Source of the DNA: Marsupella aquatica
Lineage: Eukaryota > Plantae > Marchantiophyta
Length of the DNA stretch: 64,000 nt
NCBI GenBank assembly: GCA_973895155.1
Contig: OZ316892.1
Span: forward strand, 27,676,307 to 27,740,306
Direction of reading: 5' to 3'
Part shown: positions 36,105-49,200 of the stretch, one piece after another
How positions within the stretch are numbered: the stretch's first letter is position 1
Layout: each line of letters begins with the position of its first letter
The notes under the pieces: model-generated
What the model was told of the DNA's origin: nothing
Seen by the model: only the letters and a program-made list of their open reading frames with translations
The model's database searches: none
Position numbers and translations under genes: made by a program

Positions 36105-38046
36105 ATGTGCTATCTGCGGCCTTGCGCAAATCCCACCGAGGCAGGAGTGTGGTGGCGAGATGACATGAAATGGTGTCTCTACGGTGCAAGCCACCAAGCC
36201 ACCATCAAAAGGGGCATCGCGAACAAGCTCCAGAAAATAGACTTGGGGACAATAGTCTCCAGCGTTCATCCTACCGGGGCGAGTTATGTCGTAAACTTGC
36301 AGACAATGGACCAAGTTGCTGTGAGGAGTGGGCAGAGAAGGCCAGTGATGGTCATTGATGCTGTGTCGGCTCGGACACCTCAATTGCAGGCGCCACCACA
36401 AGCGGTAAGTCTATGCCAACGGCAAGCCTCTCTACGTATTTTTATCTGCACTATGCATCCCGTCAGTTTCTAGATATGCTTAGCCACGGTGTTTTGAAGT
36501 CATCTTGAATCGTAGCAAAGCCATGATGATTAATGACATGAGTTTGGTCTGTTTTTTTAGACTTTTGGCGTGAAGACCGTGCTACGGAGCACCGCAAGGA
36601 GGTCTTCGAGAAATCTGTCTCTTAACCTCCACTACAGGGACAGTCAGGGGAACTTACAGCAATACGACCAGTCCATAGCTCAGGCCATCGTCGAAGGCTT
36701 CGCGTCCGACGACCAGAGTGCTGTGTTGGTGCCAAATGGCCAATCAGGTCCTCTCTTCTTCAACTTGGAATCCATGGAACAGCATAAGGTCTCACACTTG
36801 GTGCAAGGAGAGCCTATTTTCTCAAATAAGCCTCCAGTTAAGGTCATTGCCGAGGTTCCCTGGGTTGATACAGCGCCTATTTTCTCAAATAAGCCTCCAG
36901 TTCAGGTCATTGCCGAGGTTCCCTGGGTTGCTACAGCGATGGCATATCTAGCCGCGAAGGCTGATAAATGCTTGCGAAGAAAGGTAAGTCCATCTATAGC
37001 TGCAAGCTGCAGGTCTCTTACCTCATGAGTTTTTTCATAACTCCCGTTCATTATATATATGAGTGTTGTGCTCCCGATTTGAAAATTGTTACTCTGTATT
37101 GTTGGGATCGAGTACAATCATTGAGTAAAGCTGCTTATGTCAATCCGTGGTTTGGACATTCGATCATGCTGTGAGCACTAACTAACAACGTACCGAAGAA
37201 CTTGTCTAATACCTTATTCAGAGTACAATCGCTGTTCGAGGTTTCATGCGCTTCCACTTTTCTATTAATAATTTTCTTCTACTTCTCGAAGATTTTGGTC
37301 ATGGTTATCGATAAGTTCAGGAGTGATGAGTATTTGGACGCTATTCTTCCGAAGAAAGCCTACCCTTGGACAATTGTGTCGAAGAGCAGGAGGCTCACAT
37401 TGTCTCCAGTACTTCATGAGAAGTTCATCGACTCTGTAGAAGAAATACTACCCACATTTCCCGATGACATAGTGGGTGAGTCTAAGTTTTCCCGAAACAC
37501 TTGGAGCTAGGCTTTTCAAATGGTTACCATATATGGTTCTGGCACATCGAGTTGCGCTCCATCATTATTTTACTGTCTTACAGCATTCACTCTGTACCTC
37601 GTTTGACAGAGCCTTGCCCCAACGTTTCTTTACTACTCGTTGCATGATGTTCGAGATTTCAGGATTCTGATCAAACGAATTGTGTGCCAGGAGAAGTGAT
37701 GAAAATTGCTGAAAGTGATGAGGTCGGAAGTGGGCCTCTCCAAATAGCGTTCAAACCCGCGGTACCCGTGGAACGCTCGGTAGAAGGGTCCTCCAAGCGC
37801 AGATGTGTTACCCGGACCGTCGCGGGGTTGACTAGAGCTGCCTTCTGGACGTCAATGACAATGGCAACGTCGGCGGCTTCTGCTGACTCGATGCTGTTCA
37901 GTGGCAATGTCCACATTCGTGCATATCTCGTGATCATCCCAACACGTACGTTGAAGAATGTTTTTGGTTACATTCTCGTGGACCGACCTGAGCATCAACT
38001 GCCACTGGCAGCACTCACACTGCGTGAAGATACCTATGTCTGGTAG
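36105..38046 (+). CDS. Gene B: tandem WWE-like domains plus degenerate PARP-like domain, ~420 aa; proposed exons 36105-36404, 36561-36983, 37292-37475, 37691-38046
   Basis: WWE-like 1: VWWRDDMKWCLY...YVVNLQTMDQVAVRSGQRRPV. WWE-like 2: LHYRDSQGNLQQYD...FFNLESMEQ. The C-terminal half aligns with gene A (EVPW..KADKCLRRK|ILVMVIDKFRS vs EFPW..KANDEGLRRR|VLVMALDRIRS; HQLPLAALTL vs FQVPLAEITL). Canonical splice sites keep the frame. The start codon and last acceptor are less certain. Confidence 0.72.
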
Positions 38047-40221
38047 AAGTCCTATGGCGGCAATCTAGATAGACTAGTACGCCGTGTTTTGGATCATATA
38101 CATGATGAAAACGGTAGCTAAACTTACGCAGGGGTCTCTCTTCTGAACTCTCACAACTACCAGACCCCTAATCGGTTTCGTGCTTTTTGAAATGTAAAAA
38201 GCCGCTGGAAGAAGGGTTTGATAAGCGTTTCCTATGCCTCGACTACATCTCGCTGCCAGATTGTGTTCAGAAGAAAGCGGATGTACGTAGGGAATTTTGC
38301 AATGAACTCAGCCTTTGTTCATGTAAGTCTTTCTGATTGAATTATATGAGACACAATGTGGATCTTGTTTCAATGATTTTGGATAATCTCAAATATCTTT
38401 TGAATGCATCACGTCTAAATACATACAGCGATTGAAGACGTCGTTTGGACGGTTGGACTGAGTCCAGTCCTAAGATAATTTCGTTTGTTATTCTGAAGAG
38501 TTCCCTCGATTCCTTACTTTCGGCGACCTCAGCTACTCGGTTTTACTCAGAAAGCAAGCTAGTATCTCTTTGCGTTAGGAATTGAGAGTCATCTTTTGTG
38601 AAGGCCGCTGTCAGTCCTCTATCAGCTACTGCGCGCTGGCTGTCGTTTCTCTCAGGATAGCGAGTACCTTTTGTGTTATTTGGAGGGTCCTTGAATGAAG
38701 GTTACTCATGAGTGGTCTACTTGTGCTTCTATCATGGTGATGAAGCTATTTCTCACGGTGACAAAGCCATTTCTAGGCAATTTGCTTGGAACCGTACGTT
38801 GGCTGTTTCCGGTTTTTGGCTTGCGCTCGTTTCTTTGGACTAAGTTCTGTACCTGGGGTATTCACATGTGGCGTGACCATATTTCCTAAGCTGCAATAAA
38901 GTGGCGTTTGGCGCTTGGAACAGCTTATCTCAACCAGGTTTACCCAGGAAAAATGCGAATGCCAGTTTGACGGCACTTTATTAATTAAGATAGTCGAACA
39001 AGTTTGATGTATAAGAAGGCCATTGGAGCTCCGAGACAATCACAGTAATTTAGTCCTCCCCTGTGCAAACCCATCCGCCTTATCTAATATCTCCAGGCCG
39101 TTACAATGATTGTTTGCTTCAATTTCTGGAGCCCGTAAAACCTCAGTCCCTAGACTCGCAGTGCATCCCTCCATTTTCTCTGGGCCCGGAACTGTGGGGC
39201 TTGCCCTCTTGAAAGCTACAAATTAAGTTTTGTTCGCTCGCTACGAGTCACAGAACTGATAGAAACCCAAGATTTTCATGCTGCACAAAGTGTACTTGGG
39301 TATTAATGATCCACCCTCTCTCACTGTTGTGTGTACTACGTGAGATAAAATTCACCCTTCAGTTGACAGTGCGATGACTTTCGAATCACGGCGCAGTAGA
39401 TGTGATCAAGACAGTTCGGCCGGGCAGGTGTGACTCTTGAGAATATTAACTCAATAGTAGGAAAGTTATACCATGTTACATTTTGGGTTTGAAGCAAAGA
39501 CTAAGAGAAATGCAGAATCTCCTGAAGGACCTGACAGGAACACTCCTTTATTATTTTTCTCATGAGAGTGAGAGAAATGAGTTTAAACAATGTGCACATT
39601 TGTGGTGCTAAGTTCCCCTCCTGGTTTATTTTAAAAAATTTATGGTTTTAATTGAGTTTATTATCACTACCTAGAAGCAAATGAAAATCTGTACTGTATG
39701 ATGTGCATAACTCTTTAGTACCCTTTGTACTTACTTGGTCATAATGTGCTTTTCTCTGCATGTGTACTCCCTCTTGATTAACAAATATTAATTTCTTGGC
39801 ATATATTTTACATGTACCTATTTCTTTTATCATAAAAGAAATCAAATGGATTACATATAAAAAAAAGGCATGTTCATCCTGGAATATGCTATATAGACAT
39901 TCCTAAGAGTTTTGGGGATGACTATAACTCAGATTTTAAGACCAGTCACATTTATGCAACATAATGGGTAAATGACTAATTATGCAGGCAATTAAAGACT
40001 ATGAGGTAGGTAGCTTATGAAGACTAAATAGGCCATGTGTTCTTTATTAGATTCTTCTCAGCCCGGGGGAGGGGTACCACTGCTAGCTGGGGGACAATAG
40101 TTGAATTAATAGTTCAACTGAGACATTGAATCTTTTAATGGGCAATTTTTAATTTAATTAATTTACACCCCTTCAAAGAATCAAGTTGTGTATAAATCCA
40201 AATTAACACAATTCAACCAGG

Positions 40222-40690
40222 TTGATGCTTTGTAGACACAGGCTGGTACTAGTTTGTAGAAGGGACTAGATGCTTTGGAGACACAGGCTGGTACCGGTTT
40301 GTAGAAGCCCTTAGGGACTCGTGTATGCTAATAGGGACAAAACGCAAAACGTCTTAAGAATGCCTGGGAGAGGCTGCAGGGTAGGTACGCTACTAGTCTT
40401 AAGAAGTCTTAAGAATGCCTGGGAGAGACTGCAGGGTAGGTACGATAGCAGTCTTAAGAATGCCTGAGTGGGAGAGGCTGCAGGGTAGGTACTATAGCAT
40501 TTGGTCACGCATTTGGTAGTAATCGCGATCTTAAGAATGCCTGAGTGGGAGAGGCTGCAGGGTAGGTACTATAGCATTTGGTCATGCATTTGGTAGTAAT
40601 CGCGATCTTAAGAATGCCTGGGAGAGGCTAGCATTGCTCCCACACATTTGGTTAGTAATCATGATCTTAAGTATGCCTGGGAGAGGCTGG
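40222..40690. repeat. Complex tandem repeats (possible transposon subterminal repeats)
   Basis: CTTAAGAATGCCTG(AGT)GGAGAGGCTGCAGGGTAGGTAC occurs about 6 times; GACACAGGCTGGTAC..GTTTGTAGAAG occurs twice. Confidence 0.85.
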
Positions 40691-41515
40691 GTACGTAGCT
40701 AGGTATTCGTAGTAATCCTGGGGATTGACTGACATCACAGCACCCATCAACTAGCTAGACTGCACTGGCCGTAGGCTAGGAGTCCTTGAGGGTGGGAAGG
40801 AATTCAACTTTCCCACTGACACCCTTATTAGGTTGTTCCATGGAGCACCAAAACAGGTTTTGAATCTTGGAGGGACAGTGCATGGGGAGTGTCAGATTTG
40901 AGCGCTATTCATAATCAAACTGGTTTGAAATTATTGGAGCACAAGTTTTGAATGGGGGAGCTCAAAAGGTTTGAATCTAATCTTCTATATGTGAGCTTCT
41001 TCGATGGCCTGAGCACAGTATTTGAACGGGGAAGGCTGAGGCTTGAAGCATGTCTTGTTTGCTTGAGCTTTGGTGTGATTTTGTTGTGCCTCACTTAGCT
41101 AGGGTTTTGTGGCATTCAGTGTGCCTGCTTTGTCTCTTGAGCGGTGTTTGTCATCTCGATCCTCCTTCCATGTACAGAGTAAGTTGGTTCAAGCCATGAG
41201 TATACACATTACTCCTCTCTCAATCTTAGGTTACTTGCGCTTTGACTGATCGGCAAATATAATGGTCTTGTGATCCCGCTTGTGATGTGCGGTTGTGTAA
41301 ACTATTTTGCATTGAAAATAGATCGATAGGTAGTGATTTTAAGGATTTGTCATTTTAGGGATTTGTGATTGTTTATCCGTCAGGTGAACTAAAATTTATA
41401 TTGTATTTTGTAGTCAATCTTGGAGGCTTCTCATAAGGCCCTGGACTCTCTCTCGGGACTCTTTGAGCTCCAGATTGAGACTATCTTTAGGCTTTCTCCA
41501 CACTCTCCAGATAGG

Positions 41516-41519
<4 letters not shown>

Positions 41520-41559
<40 letters not shown>
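41520..41559. repeat. (TC)n microsatellite within a CTCTCCA-rich tract
   Basis: About 20 TC units; degenerate CTCTCCA(G) motifs from about 41440 to 41730. Confidence 0.95.
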
Positions 41560-41562
<3 letters not shown>

Positions 41563-44500
41563 TTCAGGCTCTCTCCAAATTGGGATTCTCTCCAAAGTCT
41601 CTCCAGATCTCCTCTCCATACTCTCTCCAGGTCGTGCTATCTCCGGACTCTCTCCAGGTTAGGATATATTCTCTCCAAAATTTCTTCAGATCTGGATTTT
41701 CTCCACACTCTAGCTCTCCCAACTTACAGACTGGATTCCATGTATTGAATACTAAACTTCAGTGTATCTTGTGACCCTCTACCGGGCCCTCTACATTTCA
41801 TATCAGCGCACTCACTGGTTCATACCAAGAATTTGTGTAAATTAAAATGCAATAGATTGATGGACACGTATGGTGCCATAACCTCATGCAAGACTTTTTT
41901 TGCAGGGGCCAGGGAAGTATAGAGATCATGGATTCTTTCAGAGGTGTCAAAGATCTTGACCCTTTGCAACTCAGCAAATTTTTGTCCGACAAAAGATTTG
42001 CTGATGAGGGCCAGGCAACTCAGTTTGTTTTACACGATATAGATGGGGAAGTTCTCTTAGGGATGTTTGCCAAATAGCTTATCTTGGTCTTGGGTTATAC
42101 ATTCGATAAAGCTACCCGTCTTGTGAATTGGTGATGCGGGTGTTGATGAGACTGGTAATGCATGCTCCCCTTACTAAGAGTGGAAGAGTAACAATGGTCT
42201 CTGAGAAGGTTCTTGAGAAAACACCTATTGTTGTTGCTATGCCAAGTGCTATGCAAAATTCCTCTACGCAAAATCCCAGTTCCTTTGTGCAAAATCCCTG
42301 TTTGAGTAAGGTGAGTCAAAAATTGTGCAAGGGTAAATATTTATTCACAATGCCACCTGATCCAGTGACCGATGTGAGTGACCTTTATGCTTGAATATTT
42401 GCCAAACAACCAGCCATTGAATACTCAAACATGTGGGGCAAAGGCTACCTTGAGAGTTATCACAGTAGAGCACATGCTGCACACAATAGGAATATATAGT
42501 GACAGAGGATGAGAGGAGTCTTTCTAGATCTTTACAATCCTATTGTGGTTAAGGCATGGACATCCAACTTCAAGATGGATTTAAGCAATTGTACAAGGAT
42601 ACTTTGGACTTTAATATACAAGGACACGCCTCATCTGGAAGAGTTGGTCTTGATTATTGAGGGCGTAAGTGTCCATCTAACCTGGGCTGCAGAGGATATA
42701 ATGAGAGGGTGGTTCTTAGATCATAAGAAGCATCATTCCTGCAAATGGCTTCAACAGACCCGTCAACAGATTGCTAACCTTGAACTTGAGAAGCAAGAAT
42801 TTCTTGGGTCACTTTCACTAACATAGTGCACAAATTTCACTAGGGAAAACTTTAACCTAGGGGCTCGGGGGCCTCAATCCAAGGGGTGTCCCATATCACC
42901 CTATAACTTAAGTCAATAAACACCCTAAAACTTCAGTCAATAAAATTTCTCCAGAAATATCCAAGACAGAACTCATTGGAGGTGATAGCGCGCCCAAGCT
43001 TGTATGGGTCACAAACATCCATTCAAGAATATGTACAATTATTCTTGGAGGAGAGAGCCAAGTCTACACAGGAGTCGACAATGATTCTGACCTCGGATTC
43101 TGACACATTCCGGAAGGGGGTCAGAGTATTTTGGAGCATCCAGTACCAGAGCATTTGTCACCACAGAAAAAATGCTACAAGAAAACCCCATTGATTGCGG
43201 GCTTAGTAGATAGCAAATTACACATGAGACTTAAGGTGATCACTGTTTTTCCTTAGTTTGTCTACAATGGATCTATTGCCTATTGATTCTCCAATTAATT
43301 CCAATGTTTTTTACTCTTTTTAATTCAAGGTTTTGTTAACAGGTTGTACGTGATCTACATGTCATGCTTGGGCTCACTCGTTGCATAGCCCAACCTGTGC
43401 TTTCCAGTACTAGCATAGATGCACACTCTCCTAATCACTCCATGACCAGCACGTAGACGGATGACTCTATCAAACTAAAGCACCCAAAGAAACCTATTGA
43501 AGACTTCTATGACTTACCAACTTCCAATGGCCCTGTAGCAACAAGATCGAAATTAACTGCCCAAGAATGCTGCCTTGCCTTAGCCAAAACTGACTACATT
43601 TCACCGACCCTGTGTCTGTTGGCTTGAAACTACAAAACCATATAATTCAGGCTTCTATATATTTGCTGACTTTGCAGGCCGGTTAACCCCTTTCTATTTA
43701 TTATGAGCTTGATCGTGGCAGTTGGCTGTTTACGAAAGATTAATACTTGGCAATTGGCATGATGAGATACGCATTTGATCCTGCTCTTATGACGAGTAAC
43801 AAGGTGTGTGTCTAGCTTCCGTCAATGTCTACAGTTCATTGTATGAGTAACTATTGTTTGAAAGCAAGCTAGTAGATATATAATATGGAGGGCTTGAACA
43901 AGTTTGACCGTATAGCATGCCTTGGGTTTACATCCAGTGGACTGTAGATACAATTGATGACAATATGGATGGCTTCATTAGCTCTTAGTAGATGATCACT
44001 GAAGTGCTAAGACGAGAATTGTTCAGGTTGTAGTTGGGGATTTGGTTAGGACTTTACCTTTCGTTACCTCATGAATGCAACAGGCAAACGGAAGAGCTTA
44101 CTTAGATTTAAAAGTATATATTTGTTCAAGAGCTCTGTGAGACAATGTCTTCCCCCAGACGTTTGCTGCCCAGTAAGAGTCCGGAGAGGCTGCTACTAGC
44201 TTCCTACCAATCCATTGCTCTTGTGTCACCGGCTTTTTGTTGATTGTACTTGACTGAGGTGGACAGATTGGAGTGTATGACAGGGTTGGTTTTCTTCATT
44301 ATAAATTGCCCAGCAGTGAGAAGTAGAATCACATCATGATAGGGATAATCAAAGGTGAATTAAAGAGTATAATTACCCTCTGGTTTGTCTATATAGTATT
44401 ACTATGTTGTAAGTGGAACATAGAGTTGGATACTTTTTGATATCATCTTAGTAACTAATCCCATCTAAGCCTTTTATTTGACCAAGAGACTGTTGATTTG

Positions 44501-45168
44501 TACATGACCAACCTCAGACCTACTTGCTCATGTTTATTTATTCTCTAGCTTCCTTTGTATCGAGCATTCATAGGTCACACATGATGTTCTTGAATTGTCC
44601 CATAGCACAAATCGGTTCTGGTCTAGTTTAAATTTGTTAGGTTAATTGATTGATTCTTCCTTCCTGGCTTCCTTTTCAATATGAGTAAGGAGATAATTGT
44701 TTCCTTTGTGTTGATCTGCTGTCAGGCGAGGTTATGAATAGATATGCAACTGAAGGACTATGTGAATATGTGATTTCTTCTTGTCCACATGTTGCTTCTA
44801 GAAGATCTGTATTGCTAAATTTCTAGTGTTGTTCTTTTGAGTGCAGCAGTTGAAAGTGATCCAGCCAGTTGACAAAACTGGGAAATTCCGCGACAAAGTG
44901 ACAGAAGAGGCTGCACCTATCAAGCTGCTGTCCACAGTGGAGCAGCTGATACATGACCTAGGCAGAAAAAGCAGGTTATAAGCTTGTTGGTATTGTCTCA
45001 GTAGGAGATCTAGCTACAACACATAAGCGAGGATAATCGAGAACGGCAACAATCATGACCAGGACAAATAATCGAGAGCTCTCCCTATACAGACAAAAGC
45101 ACCTACAATATTCTGTAAGCAAGGAAGATGGTACTGGCGGGCAGCTAGAAGCCATGTAGATGATAAAG

Positions 45169-45650
45169 ATGGGCAATCATAATTATAACCAGACAGTTAG
45201 CTATAAGACAAATATGGGACTGCTGCATGTGAATAAAAGCCCACAGACGGGCCGGGAGACATCGACATCCACATTATAAAATTGTCCTCCTAGATTGTCT
45301 GTTGAACACTGAGCTGGACAGATGCGTGAATACTCTCTCCCAGTCTCCCTCCATATGACTATATATAGGATTTTATTAAAATATAACATGGGCAATCATA
45401 ACCACATAGTTAGCTAGAAGACAAATAGTGGACTCCTGCATGCGAATAAAAGCCCTCGAGTACAGGGCGTGAATACTCTATCCCTCCATATGAATATATA
45501 TAGGATTTCATTAAAATATAACATGGGCAATCATAACCACAAAGTTAGCTAGAAGACAAATAGTGGACTCCTGCATGCGAATAAAAGCCCCCGAGTACAA
45601 GGCGTGAATACTCTATCCCTCCACATGAATATATGTTTTCATTAAAATTA
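45169..45650. repeat. Imperfect tandem repeat x3
   Basis: ATGGGCAATCATAA...GTTAGCTA.AAGACAAATA..GGACT.CTGCATG.GAATAAAAGCCC at about 45169, 45388 and 45523. Confidence 0.85.
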
Positions 45651-46299
45651 TACAATATGAGATATATGTAAAGCATCCGCTCATCTGTACCCTGACTCGA
45701 CATCGCTTTGGCCTGGCCAAACAGTTTCTTGGTAGAACTTTCTAAATATTTTAAAAGAGTATGTCCTATAGCCAAATATTTAAGCCCCAAATTCTGCGGG
45801 TGAAAATATTGACAAGCATCAACCTTGGGGTAAAGAGGGCAAATGATTTTCCAAGGCAAGGAGAGAAATTTTCTGCAAACTATCTGAAATCGATCTTGGA
45901 ATAAATTGGAAAGAATCCACTAAGTTAACAATCCTGGTAAAACAGTCTACAGAGCTACGCTTGCTTTCAAACTAGACCAAAGTGGGGCATTGGTAGTAGG
46001 CCAGCTCATTCAATCAGGGAATTTGGATTCCCACGATTGAGAGCCCTGTTGAGAGCAAGTAACATGACTTCCCTTTCTCTGCTAGCTTGTACGTGCAAGT
46101 AGTCTTCCTCCAAAGTACTACGATGGGTTGGCTAGGTTGGCTAGGCAGTTCCATCAGGAAGCAAACAAAGCGGACAATATTGAATCTGACATTTTGGAGG
46201 GAGTTTGGAGATCGATCTTGCCTCTTGGGACTCTTGTTCTTACCTAGCTCATTGGACCCTGAAGTGTCGCTTTGAATCTTCAACTCTTCTCACAACCCC

Positions 46300-49200
46300 T
46301 TGTCGTTCTGTGTCAACACCTTGCAATGGGGCTTAACTCTTCACTAGAGTTAAATCTACCACTATTGCCCCTTCTTATCGTTGTCTGGGTTCCTAGGATG
46401 GGCGAATAGCAGGACAGTAGGTCACTTTCCCTTAATCTCTCTCTTCTTCTTCACTCACACACCAAACTGGGTAATTTTACTTCCACCATTGGAAAGATAA
46501 CCTTGAAGGGTGGTTATCACTCCCCTGCTCTCCCACTGGAAAACACTCCCAACACCCCACTCCCGATCTCAACACGGTCAGTGGACACCCACAAGCTGTC
46601 CCCGCAGACTCCTTACATAACCGTCACCCAAGAGAGTACCCTGTTTCCTTCACAAAGGACTGCAAGATTACCACTTGCTATATCCCAACAAGACAAGTGC
46701 TGACCCTGCTCTCATCCTCAAGCTTCAAGCTTCACCTCTCCGGTATCAAATCACACCTGAGTCCACATACATGCTCACTGGTTCGACATCTCACTAGACA
46801 GCTGCTTCAAGACTGAGGGTTACACGCAAGTCTTTACTAGAGAGAATAGAAACAGGTTCAGATCACAACACCTCCCTTGACCTTCTCCTTGCTGCCTACC
46901 TAGTGGACTAGTTCACTGCTCCCCCCTTCCTAGTGCCTTAAGCTCATGCTGCTGCTCTCCAAGGCTTGGGGGGTTGACTATCAAAAATCTTAGGAACCAC
47001 GTGCGATCCAAAATAAGTATTTTTGGCAGATTTTAACTAAATTTTTTAAAAGCGTAGGAGGCAAAAGAAGGTATTATAAACTCATGTTTATAGAATATTC
47101 TTTAATATATCTTTTATAAAGTAAAATAGGTTATTAATATTGAAAATAGAGAATATTCTTGGAATATTTTCTTTATAAAATAGGTCTATTTATATTAGGC
47201 TAGGATCGCACGTGGTACCCCAAAATATACACTTAGTTAACCCCCCGAGCTCCAAGGAAGAGCCCAGCCCCCAAGCTCCCAACCTCTAAGAAAGTGGACA
47301 GCTGAACAAGTGAGGAGACAGCCCCCTGCTTCTCCTCTTTATTTTCACACCTCAGGGCTCCAAACCAAACCCACGCCAAACCAAACCAAGCCTAAGGTGC
47401 TAACTCAGGTTAGTAGTTACGGCAAACTTACTACTTTCTTGCTAAAGTTTAACCCGGGTTGAATCTCTATTTTACCGGAGGTTAACTTAACTACAACCAG
47501 TACTCAGGTTTCCACACAAGACCTGAACAGCGGCAACCTCTCGGCGAGACGAGTAACCAGGGGACCCCCTTCGGTAACTCTTACAACTAACTGTGCGAGT
47601 TGTAAACTACTGGAACACAATATTTCTCACGGTAACAACCCCAAGTTCGGCCTACAACTGAGGGTTAATACGTCACTGAGTTTCGGGTTTTGCCACTGAG
47701 ACTCGGGTTACCACAGAAGTACAGGTAAGCTTTTACACAATTGTAAACTTATCCGAATAGTACAACTACCGCTTGAGTTGGTTCCAACTAGAATGCTGGC
47801 ATTAGCAGTTATTCTATGGCTACTGTGCGAGTGCAAGGCCGAGCTATCTAGCAACAACTCAACGTATACCAGCACCCCTCAAGTGTTGGGCTTCATAATA
47901 GCCCGACAACTTATTACAAATAGTGGTTTTCAAGCCTTCATGAAAACTCCTTAGCATATCCTATTGGGATAAAAAATGGTTTCCCAGGCCTCCATGAAGT
48001 CGAGGCACCCCTGCTGGGCCCTCCCCTGGTCTCCCTGGTCCCCCTGCTGGCCGAGACCCGGCCTCAAAGTCCTTCAAACGGCTCAGAACCGATGCTGCCA
48101 AAGCTTAAGTAGAGTTGCTACGAACTCCTTAAACGAAGAGCTAAGAACGCTCCCTTGGTATCCCGAATGAAGTCCCTAGCAAACAGCAGGTAACGAGTTC
48201 AAGCCCAGTCGCCGACAGCCAACTACTAGATAAGTTTTGGCAAAGATCACCACCTTTTCCTCTTTTCGCAAAGACTACTCGCGAACGGGCTCGCGAAATG
48301 CAATTTGTTTTCTCCTCCCTTCACAAGTCGCGAGCAACGGCGAAGTGCTGCTGCTTCATGCTCTTCCTGGAAGCTACTCCATAGCTCATAAATCAGCAAG
48401 CTCACCTCCGCAACATTGACTTCTATCAGCCTAGCTCCCAAGCTCTACTTCTCCATAGCTACTCAGCAGCACGAAGCTGCTCCAACAGCTTATTGAGAAG
48501 CTTGTAGCAGTATGCTCTATCCACAATTCTCAGCATAGAAGCAACGTAGCTTCTCTTATTCAGCAGCAACCTTACTTAGCCAGCTCTATTTGATTTCCTT
48601 CAGCAGCACTAAGCTGCAATGAGTCAGCTTTATCTCGCAGTGTAGCTTTTCAGCCAATCTTAGCTGCTGCAGCGGCTCTCCATAGCTTAGCAGCAAAGAG
48701 CTCAGTAGTAATTTCTTGATTAGAGCTTCTCCTATCAGAGCTTCAACTAATCAGCAGCATGAAGCTCCAGCATCGAGCTTCTCATAGCACTAAACTATCC
48801 TCAGCATCAGGGCAACATTCAATCTTCCAATAGCTTTGAGCCAGCAGTAAGGTTGCTTCCAGTCCGTAGCAGCAAGTCCAAGACAGCAGCTTCAAGTTCA
48901 AGTAGCAGGATCAAATTTTCTTCAGCAGCATCAAGCTTTAGTGAAGTAGGACCAGGACTTCTCAATAGTGCAGCAGCCATAACGAGTTCAATGGCAGCAC
49001 AACACCACTCTCTTCAGCAGCGAGTTCCCCAACAGCGGACTCCAACAATACAAAGCTTCAGGCAATTACCAACAATTTCTCCATTAGCAACCAAGCTTCA
49101 ATTGCAGCGGCACGAAATTGAATCTTTTGCCACCACTAGATTGCCCGGGGGATGAGATTTTCTTATCCCAAGAGTTCCTTCCAACACCACAGAGTTTCTC

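Noticed and set aside
36105-38046. Calling gene A or B RCD1/SRO or PARP1-3
   Set aside because: No RST domain is evident, B has tandem WWE-like domains, and the PARP1-3 accessory domains are absent, so gene symbols are withheld.
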